DNA from: Tubiluchus corallicola
Taxonomy: Eukaryota; Animalia; Priapulida
Assembly (NCBI GenBank): GCA_030141605.1
Contig: JAQGDQ010002437.1
Location: forward strand, 1 to 37,632
Length of the DNA stretch: 37,632 nucleotides
Direction of reading: 5' to 3'
Numbering within the stretch: position 1 is the first letter of the stretch; each line of letters starts with the position of its first letter. Shown here in pieces: positions 9,857-19,100 of this stretch. The notes under the pieces are model-generated. The model was not told the DNA's origin, ran no database searches, and was given only the letters and a program-made list of their open reading frames with translations. The translations under genes were made by a program, and so were the position numbers.

Positions 9857-10051
9857 ATGAAACAGGTAAAAAACAGCGACGACGCCAGAACGGCCTACAA
9901 AAAGCGCCAGGACAACATTGCCGAGTACATCCAGCGGATTCAGCAGAAGCTGGCCGCAGATGCAGGGCAGTCGAATATCAACTGGGCGCATGTCGGCTCG
10001 CTCGGGCATGTCGAAGAGCTGCTCCAGCAGATCGATGAGTTTCTGGGTTAA
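9857..10051 (+). CDS. Small hypothetical protein
   Basis: 64 aa; AGGAG RBS; first gene of the Xer-like module. Confidence 0.7.
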   Translation: MKQVKNSDDARTAYKKRQDNIAEYIQRIQQKLAADAGQSNINWAHVGSLGHVEELLQQIDEFLG

Positions 10052-10084
10052 GCCACCGGCTTCAAAAACAAAGGAGTTAATGCC

Positions 10085-10456
10085 ATGACAGAAATGACCA
10101 TTCATGAAACCACAGCCGCCTTCATCAACCATCTTCGGGAGAACGGCAAAAAGGAACGGACGCTCTACACCTACCGGAAGGACCTCGATCTCATCGAGGG
10201 ATACTTCGGCAAGGACAAGAAGCTTCAGGAGCTGCGTATCACTCAGGTTGGAAAGTTCCTCAAATGCGATGCGCTGCTGAAGCTCGGAAATGGCAATGCC
10301 CGGGCCGAAAGAACCGTCGCCAAGACCATCCGCGTGTTCCGGATGATGCTGGTCTGGGCCAAGGATGCCGGACTTATCGATGAGCTCCCGCTGCCCAAGA
10401 GCACCCCGATGGGACACAGCAAGCAGGCGGAGGTGACCGATGCCGAACAGCAGTGA
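10085..10456 (+). CDS. Stand-alone integrase N-terminal SAM-like domain protein
   Basis: FINHLRENGKKERTLYTYRKDL pattern of the phage integrase SAM-like domain; AAGGAG RBS. Confidence 0.7.
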   Translation: MTEMTIHETTAAFINHLRENGKKERTLYTYRKDLDLIEGYFGKDKKLQELRITQVGKFLKCDALLKLGNGNARAERTVAKTIRVFRMMLVWAKDAGLIDELPLPKSTPMGHSKQAEVTDAEQQ

Positions 10457-11348
10457 TCGACTGGAAGCGGCCATAGAGCGGTTCTGTGCCCACCTGTCGG
10501 CCGATAACAAAGCGGCAGGGACTGTGACCGCATACCGGCGGGATCTGCGACTGGTGGCCTGTGTGGCCGAATCCTTCCAGCCTGGACTCTGCTGCCAAGA
10601 TGTGACACGCGGTCTGCTTGACCGGGCTTTATCCTCGCCAGAGCTGTTGACCACAGACACGGGAGCACGATCCCCGGCATCGGTACATCGGCTGAAGGCA
10701 GCGGTCCGCTCATTCTTTACATGGACAACCGATGCCGGGCTTACAACTGAAAACCCGGCCCGGTCGGTTCGCATGAAAAGACTGGCGCAGAAGCCGCCGG
10801 TGTTTCTTACGGCTTCAGAAAAAAAGGCGCTGCTGAAAGAGGTAAAAGGCCGCACGGGCGTTGCCGGAATGCGGGACCGGGTCATGATCGAAGTCCTGCT
10901 TGGCACCGGTATCCGCATCGGTGAGCTTGAGGCGCTGGACACAGACGATATCGACCTCGATGCAAAGCATCTGAGAGTCAGAGCCAAAGGGAATGTGGTG
11001 CAGGTCAAATTCATAAAAACCGACCTCCGCATCCTGTTGAAAAGATATTTGAAAGAACGATCCCGGCAAAGCACAGCGCCATGCAGCGCACTGTTTCTGT
11101 CCAATAGAGGAACACGTCTTTGCCAGCGGCAGATAGCCAACCGAATAGCCTTGTGGCTGAGGAAGGCCGGGATTGAAAAGAACCTGACTCCGCATGGGCT
11201 GCGGCATACGTTTGCAACCCACCTTTACGGAGCCACCAATGACCTGCTTGTCGTGCAGAGGGCGCTGGAGCACCGGGATATTTCAACAACCCAGATTTAC
11301 ACCCACCTTGTCGATGGCCAGCTCGAGGATGCTCTTGAAAGACTGTGA
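10440..11348 (+). CDS. XerC/XerD-like tyrosine recombinase
   Basis: RDRVMIEVLLGTGIRIGEL, KG, TPHGLRHTFAT and LEH...TTQIY catalytic motifs; GGAGG RBS. Confidence 0.92.
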   Translation: MPNSSDRLEAAIERFCAHLSADNKAAGTVTAYRRDLRLVACVAESFQPGLCCQDVTRGLLDRALSSPELLTTDTGARSPASVHRLKAAVRSFFTWTTDAGLTTENPARSVRMKRLAQKPPVFLTASEKKALLKEVKGRTGVAGMRDRVMIEVLLGTGIRIGELEALDTDDIDLDAKHLRVRAKGNVVQVKFIKTDLRILLKRYLKERSRQSTAPCSALFLSNRGTRLCQRQIANRIALWLRKAGIEKNLTPHGLRHTFATHLYGATNDLLVVQRALEHRDISTTQIYTHLVDGQLEDALERL

Positions 11349-11371
11349 CAGCATCCTTGGCCTGAACATCC

Positions 11372-11400
11372 GGAGCGGCTCCTGCTGCTCCTTTTTCGTT
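11372..11400 (+). terminator. Intrinsic terminator after the tyrosine recombinase
   Basis: GGAGCGG/CTGCTCC stem followed by TTTTTCGTT. Confidence 0.6.
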
Positions 11401-11405
11401 CCCGG

Positions 11406-11535
11406 GCCGCATATTAAAATTGCGGCATATGCCGTTATGCGCGAACAAGGCCATATAGGCCACTTTGGGATTTATGGCGTTATGTGCGCATAAGCCAATA
11501 AAGTTGATTTTCTTATGTATGGTCTTATGCGCATA
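11406..11535. repeat. Cluster of short palindromes and TTATG/CATA half-sites
   Basis: CGGCATATGCCG 11423-11434, GTGCGCATAA 11484-11493, TATGCGCATA 11526-11535, repeated TTATG. Confidence 0.6.
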
Positions 11536-11557
11536 GGATTGGAGGGAGTTGCTCAGT

Positions 11558-12352
11558 CTATGCATGGCTGACTCCCGGGAAATTCTGATTAAGAAAAGTT
11601 TCCTCCGCTAATTGTTCAACCTGCAGCGAGAGGTCAGAAACGGCTTCGGCCAGCGCAGAGTTCTTTCTGAACTGTTCTCCGTTAATCCTGATGACATGCC
11701 AACCTGCTTTTTTCAGGGCGGCATCTTTTCGGGCGTCGCGCTTCTGGCGTATCTGTCCGGAGTGGGTGAAGGTGTTGTCGATTTCAACTGCGATGCGGCA
11801 GGCACTGGAGCTCTGGCGGTCGACGAGCACCAGCGGAATATCGACCTCAAAACGATCAAGAATATGTTGAAGGTGATCGCCGATGATGACGTCCCACTTC
11901 ACATCGAGTACCAGCAATGCTTCGCGAAGCAGGTAGCGAACCTTGTGTTCCGCTTTTGAACCAAGCAGATATGTCTTTTTTCGGCTCTGCCGTGACTTAG
12001 CCATGGAACCGGCCATCTTGCCCTGTTGCCACGACAGTGATTTGCACTCCGCCCGTGTTCGCATTGGGACACCGGACTTCCTGACGAGGTTATAAACTGT
12101 TCGGTCAGAGGGGCAGAGTCCAAGCTGCTCCTGAAAAGCCCCGCACAGGTCAGGCACACTCATTTGAGCGTCAACGTAAAGATCCTGCATGATTGCATTG
12201 AGCGGCTTCTTGAATACCGCAATCAGAAAGAATTCAAACTTATGGAATTCAATCCCATCCAGCACAAACAAACGGCCAGCCTGCCGACACCGATCCTTGA
12301 TATCCGGAATCAGTTTATTCGTGGAACATGCCTTATCTGAAATTTCTGTCAT
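11558..12352 (-). CDS. DUF559/Vsr-like endonuclease domain protein
   Basis: C-terminal FEVDI...IAVEIDNTFTH...RDARKDAALKKAGWHVIRI pattern. Confidence 0.72.
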   Translation of the reverse strand: MTEISDKACSTNKLIPDIKDRCRQAGRLFVLDGIEFHKFEFFLIAVFKKPLNAIMQDLYVDAQMSVPDLCGAFQEQLGLCPSDRTVYNLVRKSGVPMRTRAECKSLSWQQGKMAGSMAKSRQSRKKTYLLGSKAEHKVRYLLREALLVLDVKWDVIIGDHLQHILDRFEVDIPLVLVDRQSSSACRIAVEIDNTFTHSGQIRQKRDARKDAALKKAGWHVIRINGEQFRKNSALAEAVSDLSLQVEQLAEETFLNQNFPGVSHA

Positions 12353-12371
12353 CTTGAGCCTCCATAACTGC

Positions 12372-12908
12372 CTAATCCTTCTCGATCTTTCTTTTCGAGG
12401 CTCTGGTGTTATCTGAACTTTTTTTCGGCTTTTTCACGGAAGCGGTCTTCTGGGCGGCGGCTTCACTCACTTTTTCAAGAAGAGCGGAGGCCCATTCGGC
12501 CGGTGACGTCTGCGGACCTTTCGGCTCTTCACCCTCTCGGGCAATCTTGGTGGTCTTGAGATCCTTCATGTGGCAGCGGATCATCCGGTCGAGACTCTCG
12601 GCGGCCTGTGTGTTTCCTTCAACCTGAGCCCGGACCAGCTTCACCGAGTAGATGCCCACCAGTTCGACCTGCAGGAAGTCGCTGGACTTGTTGAACTGAA
12701 AGTCCTCGTGCAGCTTTTCAATGATGCTGTCGAACATGACCTTCTCTTCCGGAGTCAGGCAGCGGTCGGCAAAGATGCCGTGTTTGAGGGTTTGAAGGTT
12801 ACCCTGCATCGCTTCCACCTTATTTTTCATGGCCTCGGAGTGTTCGGCTTTACCCTCATTCCGATGCCATCGGTCTAAGCTGCTTTTGTCTGTTTCTGAT
12901 ATCGCCAA
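12372..12908 (-). CDS. Putative terminase small subunit
   Basis: GNLQTLKHGIFA resembles the GN.NAxKHG motif of TerS-like proteins; upstream of terL on the same strand. Confidence 0.5.
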   Translation of the reverse strand: MAISETDKSSLDRWHRNEGKAEHSEAMKNKVEAMQGNLQTLKHGIFADRCLTPEEKVMFDSIIEKLHEDFQFNKSSDFLQVELVGIYSVKLVRAQVEGNTQAAESLDRMIRCHMKDLKTTKIAREGEEPKGPQTSPAEWASALLEKVSEAAAQKTASVKKPKKSSDNTRASKRKIEKD

Positions 12909-12996
12909 GGCTTATCTCCGGTTCTTCATTTTCGTTTTGCTAAGTCGGGGTTCGGGGCGGAAGGCAGATTTAGCCCGTTTTCCCGCACATCAAGCC

Positions 12997-13027
12997 TTAC
13001 ATACCGGAAGAGTCCTCAACCTGTCGG
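12997..13027 (-). promoter_or_regulatory. Element promoter-like motif copy 3 (variant, inside the 3' end of the upstream gene)
   Basis: TTACATACCG-16 nt-GTCGG; includes the TAA stop of the 12997-13272 gene. Confidence 0.65.
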
Positions 13028-13272
13028 GCGTCGGTCTCTTTTCTGTGGTCTGCGAGGATTTGGTTGACCCGGCGACGTGTGATACCAGCGAGGCTGGCAA
13101 TTTCATCGGTTTCGATTCCCTGACTTCTCAGGGCAATGACCAGCTGTCTGCGCTCCTTGTAAAAACTGCCCGGCGCTGGAATCCAAAGAATGCCGGAGTG
13201 ATACTTCTGTACCTCTTTGAGAAGCTCTCTCGGGAGGATGTGTTCGGCATTGGCGTATTTCTTAATGCTCAT
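12997..13272 (-). CDS. CD3324/Mor-like HTH transcriptional regulator
   Basis: KYANAEHILPRELLKEVQKY...LWIP N-terminus and C-terminal HTH (TDEIASLAGITRRRVNQIL). Confidence 0.68.
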   Translation of the reverse strand: MSIKKYANAEHILPRELLKEVQKYHSGILWIPAPGSFYKERRQLVIALRSQGIETDEIASLAGITRRRVNQILADHRKETDARQVEDSSGM

Positions 13273-14050
13273 GGTTACTCTCCACTTTCTTCAACCACGG
13301 CTGCGGTACATCCGGGTTGTGAAACCTGAGCGTGCTGGGACGCGGTGTATCCGGGCTGTGGATGATTTCGATATATCGTTCCGTCACGGCTCCAATCTTC
13401 TTGTCACCGCCGACAAAGCAGACCAGTCCGTAGTCCTGACCGCAGGGGAAACGGTATCGTCCTTGATTCTGGTATAACCTGGCTTCAGACCATTTCTGGG
13501 ACATAGCTTCCTCCTTGATGGCATCAACTTTGGCCAATGCGTCGGAGCTGACCTGCTCTATGCAATTCCAAGCTTCGTTTAGCGGATAAATCCAGTTGTT
13601 CTTGGGAGGTTCTGCAGGTTTCTCCGGTTCTGCCTGAACATGGCGGGGAGCTTGATAATTTTGCGGGCAGAGCTGGCGAAATGCCTGTTGTAAATCTTCC
13701 TTGCCGAATTTCTGAACAGCATATTCCTGAAGCGGATTGAATCTGCTTTTCAGGCTTTCCCATGTTGATTTAGGAAATTTACCGGCTTTGAAAGCGGACT
13801 GGGCTGCCAGCATGCGTGAACGGAGCCATGCGAAATACTCCGGTTCGAGACGTCGATAGATTTTGCCGTTATATTCCACATCGCTGGCGGACGTGACGGC
13901 CCACTCGAATTGTGCGGTATCCAGATCGGTGGATACAAAAAGATCGGGCTCCGGTGCGCTGGTGTCGTTTTCAGTTAGCTGCGGAGCTTGTTCGGAAGGC
14001 TCACACTCAGGGGAATCGAGATGCGTGAGCATGGTTTGTAAAAGGCTCAT
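13262..14050 (-). CDS. Hypothetical protein
   Basis: 262 aa; GGAGG RBS; preceded by a motif copy. Confidence 0.75.
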   Translation of the reverse strand: MSLLQTMLTHLDSPECEPSEQAPQLTENDTSAPEPDLFVSTDLDTAQFEWAVTSASDVEYNGKIYRRLEPEYFAWLRSRMLAAQSAFKAGKFPKSTWESLKSRFNPLQEYAVQKFGKEDLQQAFRQLCPQNYQAPRHVQAEPEKPAEPPKNNWIYPLNEAWNCIEQVSSDALAKVDAIKEEAMSQKWSEARLYQNQGRYRFPCGQDYGLVCFVGGDKKIGAVTERYIEIIHSPDTPRPSTLRFHNPDVPQPWLKKVESNHEH

Positions 14051-14088
14051 GGGTGACCTCCGGAAGTTCGGGTTTATTTTTCTTCCCG

Positions 14089-14119
14089 TTACTTACCGGA
14101 ACCGGAGCCTGAGTGTCGG
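14089..14119 (-). promoter_or_regulatory. Element promoter-like motif copy 4
   Basis: TTACTTACCG-16 nt-GTCGG about 38 bp upstream of the 14050 start. Confidence 0.75.
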
Positions 14120-14122
14120 ATG

Positions 14123-14445
14123 GTAGAAAGCGTAGAAAGGGGTTTCTACGCCAAGAGACCTTTCTACACCCCCTTTCTACATCTCTTAACAGTGGTAATA
14201 GCAGTTAGTTATAGATATTTTTGTAGAAAGTGTAGAAAGGTATAGAAATATTACTCACACATAGCCCTTTTTTTTCAGGCATGCCTTCATCCCATGATTT
14301 GAAAAAACTGAACAGTAAGGGGGAGTAACCTCTGAAACCTTTCTACACTTTCTACGCCTGCTGCATAACGCCATAAATAACAGTGACTTGCGCCGTAGAA
14401 AGGTGCTCTATGGACATTCTACATTGTAGAAAGGTCTTTCTACAC
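14123..14445. repeat. Iteron-like GTAGAAAG repeat array, putative replication origin
   Basis: Forward copies at about 14123, 14132, 14223, 14232, 14395, 14426; reverse copies (TTTCTAC) at about 14143, 14161, 14174, 14340, 14349, 14437; AT-rich spacers; non-coding. Confidence 0.72.
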
Positions 14446-14599
14446 CGGCGGCCTTTGTAACGATTTTACCAACCAGATGCCGGTTTCTAATCGTTTTACC
14501 AGCCGAATAATAGTTTCGCCAGCCAGATGCCAATTTCTAAATACTGGCTGCTCGCTCGTAATTGTTTTACCAAGCAATGGTCGATTATTAATTGTTTTG

Positions 14600-14628
14600 T
14601 TGACAAATGGCCTGATTTTAACTATATT
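14600..14628 (+). promoter_or_regulatory. Sigma70-type promoter of the fic gene
   Basis: TTGACA-17 bp-TATATT. Confidence 0.75.
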
Positions 14629-14661
14629 ACCAGCAGAATAACAGTTTTACGAGGAGACCGC

Positions 14662-16173
14662 ATGGATATAAACATTTTGGAATCTCGCCCGGCAGGCTAC
14701 GCGTATCTGCTTGATATGATGGGGCTGACAGGCATGCCCCATTGGCATACCTCGTTTGTGTCCTCATCAGGAACTCACAGATCGAAGGTTCAGGATGGAA
14801 CAATAGAAGACATCTACCCTATAAGGTACTGGCCCGGTGACAAGGTCGGCAATCATCTTGAATTCGCGCTGAAATATGACGGGGTCAATCTGGGCTTACT
14901 GGCTCGAATCTTCGAAAAGGTTTCTCAGGATGAGCTCACCGAGTTCATCAAATCCAAACCTACCGGGAAGTATGCTCGGAGAATATGGTTCTTCTATGAG
15001 TTTCTGACCGGCAAACAACTGCCTGTCGATGACCTGACTTCCGGCAATTATGTCGATGCATTGGAAGCCAAAGATTATTACACCGTTCAGAACGGAGAAA
15101 AATCTTCACGTCACCGCATTGTAAACAACCTTCTTGGCCCCAAATCGTTTTGCCCTGTCGTAAGAAGGACCGAAAAGCTTGCCAAGCTGGATTCATCCGA
15201 CCTGCGCAAAAGGTGTGAGGATATTGTCACCGCATATCCACCGGAACTGCTTCGCCGGGCACTGAGCTACCTCTACAACAAGGAAACGAAGTCATCTTTT
15301 GAAATTGAGCACATAAAGCCCAATGCTTCCCGTACTGAAAAATTCATCACATCGCTGGAGCTTGCCGAAAAGGAAGACTTCTGTGAAAAGGAAAGGCTGA
15401 TAGAGCTTCAGAACCGAATCGTTGATCCGCGTTTCAAAGACAGTGATTATCGGGTGAGCCAGAATTATGTCGGCCAGACGGTTGCCTATCAAAAGGAGAT
15501 CATACATTTCATTTGTCCAAAACCTGATAATCTGCAAAGCCTCATGGAGGGATTGATTGACTCCCATAAGCGGATGAAAGCGGGAAATGTATCCCCGGTC
15601 ATTCATGCGGCGAGCATTGCCTATGGCTTTGTGTTCCTGCACCCGTTTGAAGATGGGAACGGACGAATTCATCGGTTTCTGATACATAACATTCTGTCGC
15701 TGCAGGAGCTGGTACCACGCGGACTCATGTTTCCGGTTTCAGCTGTCATGCTCAAAAATCCGGCGGACTATGATGCATCACTGGAAGCTTTCTCCAGACC
15801 ATTGTTGCAACTCATCGATTATCGGCTGGATGAAATGGGGCAAATGACCGTCGAGAACGCAACCGCATGCTGGTATCAGTATATGGATATGACAGCTCAG
15901 TCAGAAGCTTTGTATGAGTTTGTAACCAAAACGATTGAAGAAGAACTCGTGGAAGAGCTCAGCTTTCTGGCCAACTACGACAATACCAAGAAGGCGATAC
16001 AGGATATCATTGATATGCCTGACCGCCTGATCGACTTATTCATCCAGTTGTGCCTGCAGAACAACGGCAACCTTTCTGCAAGGAAGAGATCCACTCACTT
16101 TGACTTCCTGACCGATGAAGAATTGTCGGCTATGGAACAGGCAGTTAAAGACGGCTATAACCGACCCGATTAG
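14662..16173 (+). CDS. Fic-domain protein (AMPylase-type)
   Basis: HPFEDGNGRIHR Fic motif; start moved to ATG 14662 (GAGGAG RBS, downstream of the promoter). Confidence 0.9.
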   Translation: MDINILESRPAGYAYLLDMMGLTGMPHWHTSFVSSSGTHRSKVQDGTIEDIYPIRYWPGDKVGNHLEFALKYDGVNLGLLARIFEKVSQDELTEFIKSKPTGKYARRIWFFYEFLTGKQLPVDDLTSGNYVDALEAKDYYTVQNGEKSSRHRIVNNLLGPKSFCPVVRRTEKLAKLDSSDLRKRCEDIVTAYPPELLRRALSYLYNKETKSSFEIEHIKPNASRTEKFITSLELAEKEDFCEKERLIELQNRIVDPRFKDSDYRVSQNYVGQTVAYQKEIIHFICPKPDNLQSLMEGLIDSHKRMKAGNVSPVIHAASIAYGFVFLHPFEDGNGRIHRFLIHNILSLQELVPRGLMFPVSAVMLKNPADYDASLEAFSRPLLQLIDYRLDEMGQMTVENATACWYQYMDMTAQSEALYEFVTKTIEEELVEELSFLANYDNTKKAIQDIIDMPDRLIDLFIQLCLQNNGNLSARKRSTHFDFLTDEELSAMEQAVKDGYNRPD

Positions 16174-19100
16174 TCAACCGCCTGGATGGTGTAGAGCTTG
16201 GTTCCGTACCGTTTCTGGCTGAGGACAACATCGAATCCGGCCTGGCGGATGGTTTCAAGGTCGTTGGCAAAGCGCTGGGCAAACTGCCTCGATGAATCCA
16301 TTTCAAAGCGGAGGCCAAAATCTCTGGCCACCCGCTTGAGCGCCACGAACAGTTCCCGGGATAACACTTCCTTCAGGCAGCCGTCCTCTTCGAATTGAAT
16401 CTGATAGCGGGCGACGAACTCCTGAATGTGATCCACCCGGCGATCGTTATACATATCCTTTCGGTCGGCTTCCACGGCGGTCTGCCATGCTTTGAACAAG
16501 GTTGAGAGCGCCGTTGCAGTGTGATTGGATTCCCGGGCCGTTTCCCGACTGGTCTGGTTGATGGTCTGGATCTGCTGCTTGAAGGCCGGGGCAAGAGTTG
16601 TCATTCCTTGCTCTACCTGTTCCTGAGAAGATCCTGCCAGCAGCATCAGATACATCAAACTGAGGTATTCATTACACCGCCGCTTGTCATGGTTACCAAG
16701 AGCTTCATGCAGCAGTTTCATCGCCTGTGTCCGCATGCTGTCCTTCATCATTGCCAGGACCTCGCTGGTCCTTTTCATAATGGCGGAAATAATCAGATCG
16801 CGGTTCTGCTGAATGGAGGCAATGACCTCAGATTCAATGAAACAATCATTGCCCTGATTATCGATATCAAAATTGACGACAAAGCTCCGTGACTGGATTT
16901 CGGAAAGCTCTCCGCACAATGGCTCAATGCCGGTTGTGTTCAGCAGGCACTTGGTCCGTTCGGTCACCGTCTCACTGTCTGTACCGCTCTTGCGTTTCTC
17001 CTTGGCAATGCCGGTGATGCTGGTGAGCATGAATGTGGTCAGCTCCTCGCTCATTTGCCGTACCTCGATGTTGTCGAGGACAATAAGCGGATTCTGGGAA
17101 CCGTCGGTATAGTTGGCAGCATCGGTGGCTTTCTTGTGCTGAGGTTCTCCGTACAGCAAAGCAGAAATGATTTTACTGGCCGTGGTCTTACCCGATCCGG
17201 CAGAACCTTCAAAACGGGTCATAGGCCGGGTTCCTGAAAAATCAATCAACAGGAAACAGGTCAACCACGAGAGAATCAGAAAGCGGTCCCCCTGAGAGCA
17301 GGTCATATTGTTGATTAAAAAATCGACCAGTAGTTTGTCGGCTTCCTCGGGAGAGGCATCTTTCAGGAATTTGAGTGGCTTCATCTTACGGGAACCATCG
17401 AGAATGATCCCATCGGCATTTCCTCCGTTCTTCAGAATCTCGATGCCATCCGGTGTAATCCGGGCAATCTCATGGTCCTGATTATTCAGGTTGAAGTAGA
17501 CTGTGAAATTGGAAATATCCGAATGAAGCCATGAGAAATGATCCCGGACCTGTCCACGAATCATGGCTAAACTGGGTAACACCTCAAAAAAAGTGCGACC
17601 GCCATTGGAAGTGGGAACCATGCCTGTGTGCTTGTAGAGCATGGCTGCATACTGCCTTTTGCGGCCCCGATCGGGTGAATCCATCCAGTATATGGAGTTG
17701 TCGAAATACATAAACGGTTCGCCAGTCTGGGTGTAGAAAAACTGAGCCCCGTTGGCGGTAAACCAATCATAGGCCGCCTCGGCTGCGGCGGTATAATCCG
17801 GAGCACCGTTTTCCAGCTCCGTATCGATCAGCACTTCATCGACCCGGGCGCGACAGGAACCGGGCGGTGATCCGCTGAGACGTTTGGCTTTCTTCTTTTC
17901 CTTCTTAGCGCTGTCCCGTCGGTTCTGCTGAACAGATCGCACCTGTTCCTTGAGGGTCGCCATTGGAACCGCTTTACCCAGCCGTTCCTGAACCAGTTTC
18001 AGCAGACGGCTTTGCTCCAGCGGTGAATGAGCCGAAATTTCGGCCAGAACCGGCTCGAGCTGGCGGTTTCGCTCTTCCTCCGGGGCATCCTCGGGCAGAC
18101 TTTGAATGCCGAACTCCACCGGCGTACAGGCCGCAGAAAGCAGCGTCTCAAATTCAGCCTTACCATTGCCGGATGCAAAGAAATCGTTCACATCGATCTT
18201 GGCGTTGGCCAGCAGCGTTTCTGCCTCCCGGATATCCTCGGCAGAGTGGCCTTCGAGTAATTTGGCCAACTCTCGGGGTCCGACGGCTGCCGTCAGATTG
18301 AACCGTCGCGAAAGTTCCTGACGTGCCTGCTGCTGGGGCTCATTCAGTGGAATGGTAACCAGCTTCGTATCAATCTTGTGTTCGGCCAGCGTGCGAGCTG
18401 TCTGCAAGGCTCCCTTGAGTCCGGCCTCCGAGATTTCATTATCCTGACAGATATGGACGGTCTTGAGTCCGCGCATCTTCGGAACCAGACGTTCCCAGTC
18501 AGCGGCTCGAATTCGTACCGTCACAGGAGAGAGCGCGGGAAATCCCTGCTGCATCAGAGCGATGCAATCGGTCACACCTTCAGTAATGATAATGTGATCG
18601 GGCTTGCCCAGCAGGCAGTCCTCATTGAACAGCACCGCATTGTTGACGAATCGGGCAACATAAGGGCGCTGATGTTCATCGTGAACCGGCAGTTTCTTGT
18701 ATTTTCCCTGTTCCCAGTTTGCATCCGGTGTCCATGGTGTCTTGCGGCCGATCATGAACACCACACGGCCACGGCTCCAGTATGGAAAGATGATGCGGTT
18801 TTCAAAAAACGGATTCAATCCATCCTGACTGGTCGGGCGAAAGGCTCCTGTAGCGGAAAGCTCCCGTTTACTGAACCCATGATCGCCGGAACGTAGGGCA
18901 GCAATAACACCGGACTCATTGTCAGCAAAACCGATCAACAGGTCGTCGATGGTCTCATCACTGATGGCGTACTTTTCTTTCAGCCAGGTCAGCGCCTCCT
19001 GATTTTCCTTGAGCCGCTGGTGATAATAGCGAGCCAGCTCGGTCAGAGCATCTTTGACCCGGATCTCAAACGAGCGATCATTTTCCGTCTGCTCCAAGCG

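Noticed and set aside
9710-11140. 476-aa minus-strand ORF
   Set aside because: Antisense to three well-formed genes with RBSs, including the tyrosine recombinase; no recognisable motifs.
11483-11510. Canonical chromosomal dif site
   Set aside because: Only the XerC-like arm matches; with a 6-bp spacer the XerD arm is poor. Kept only as a candidate element-specific site.
14123-14640. CRISPR array
   Set aside because: Repeats are short, in both orientations and irregularly spaced, with no repeat-spacer periodicity and no cas operon.
14527-14661. 45-aa N-terminal extension of Fic in the ORF track
   Set aside because: A near-consensus promoter and RBS lie inside it, pointing to ATG 14662.
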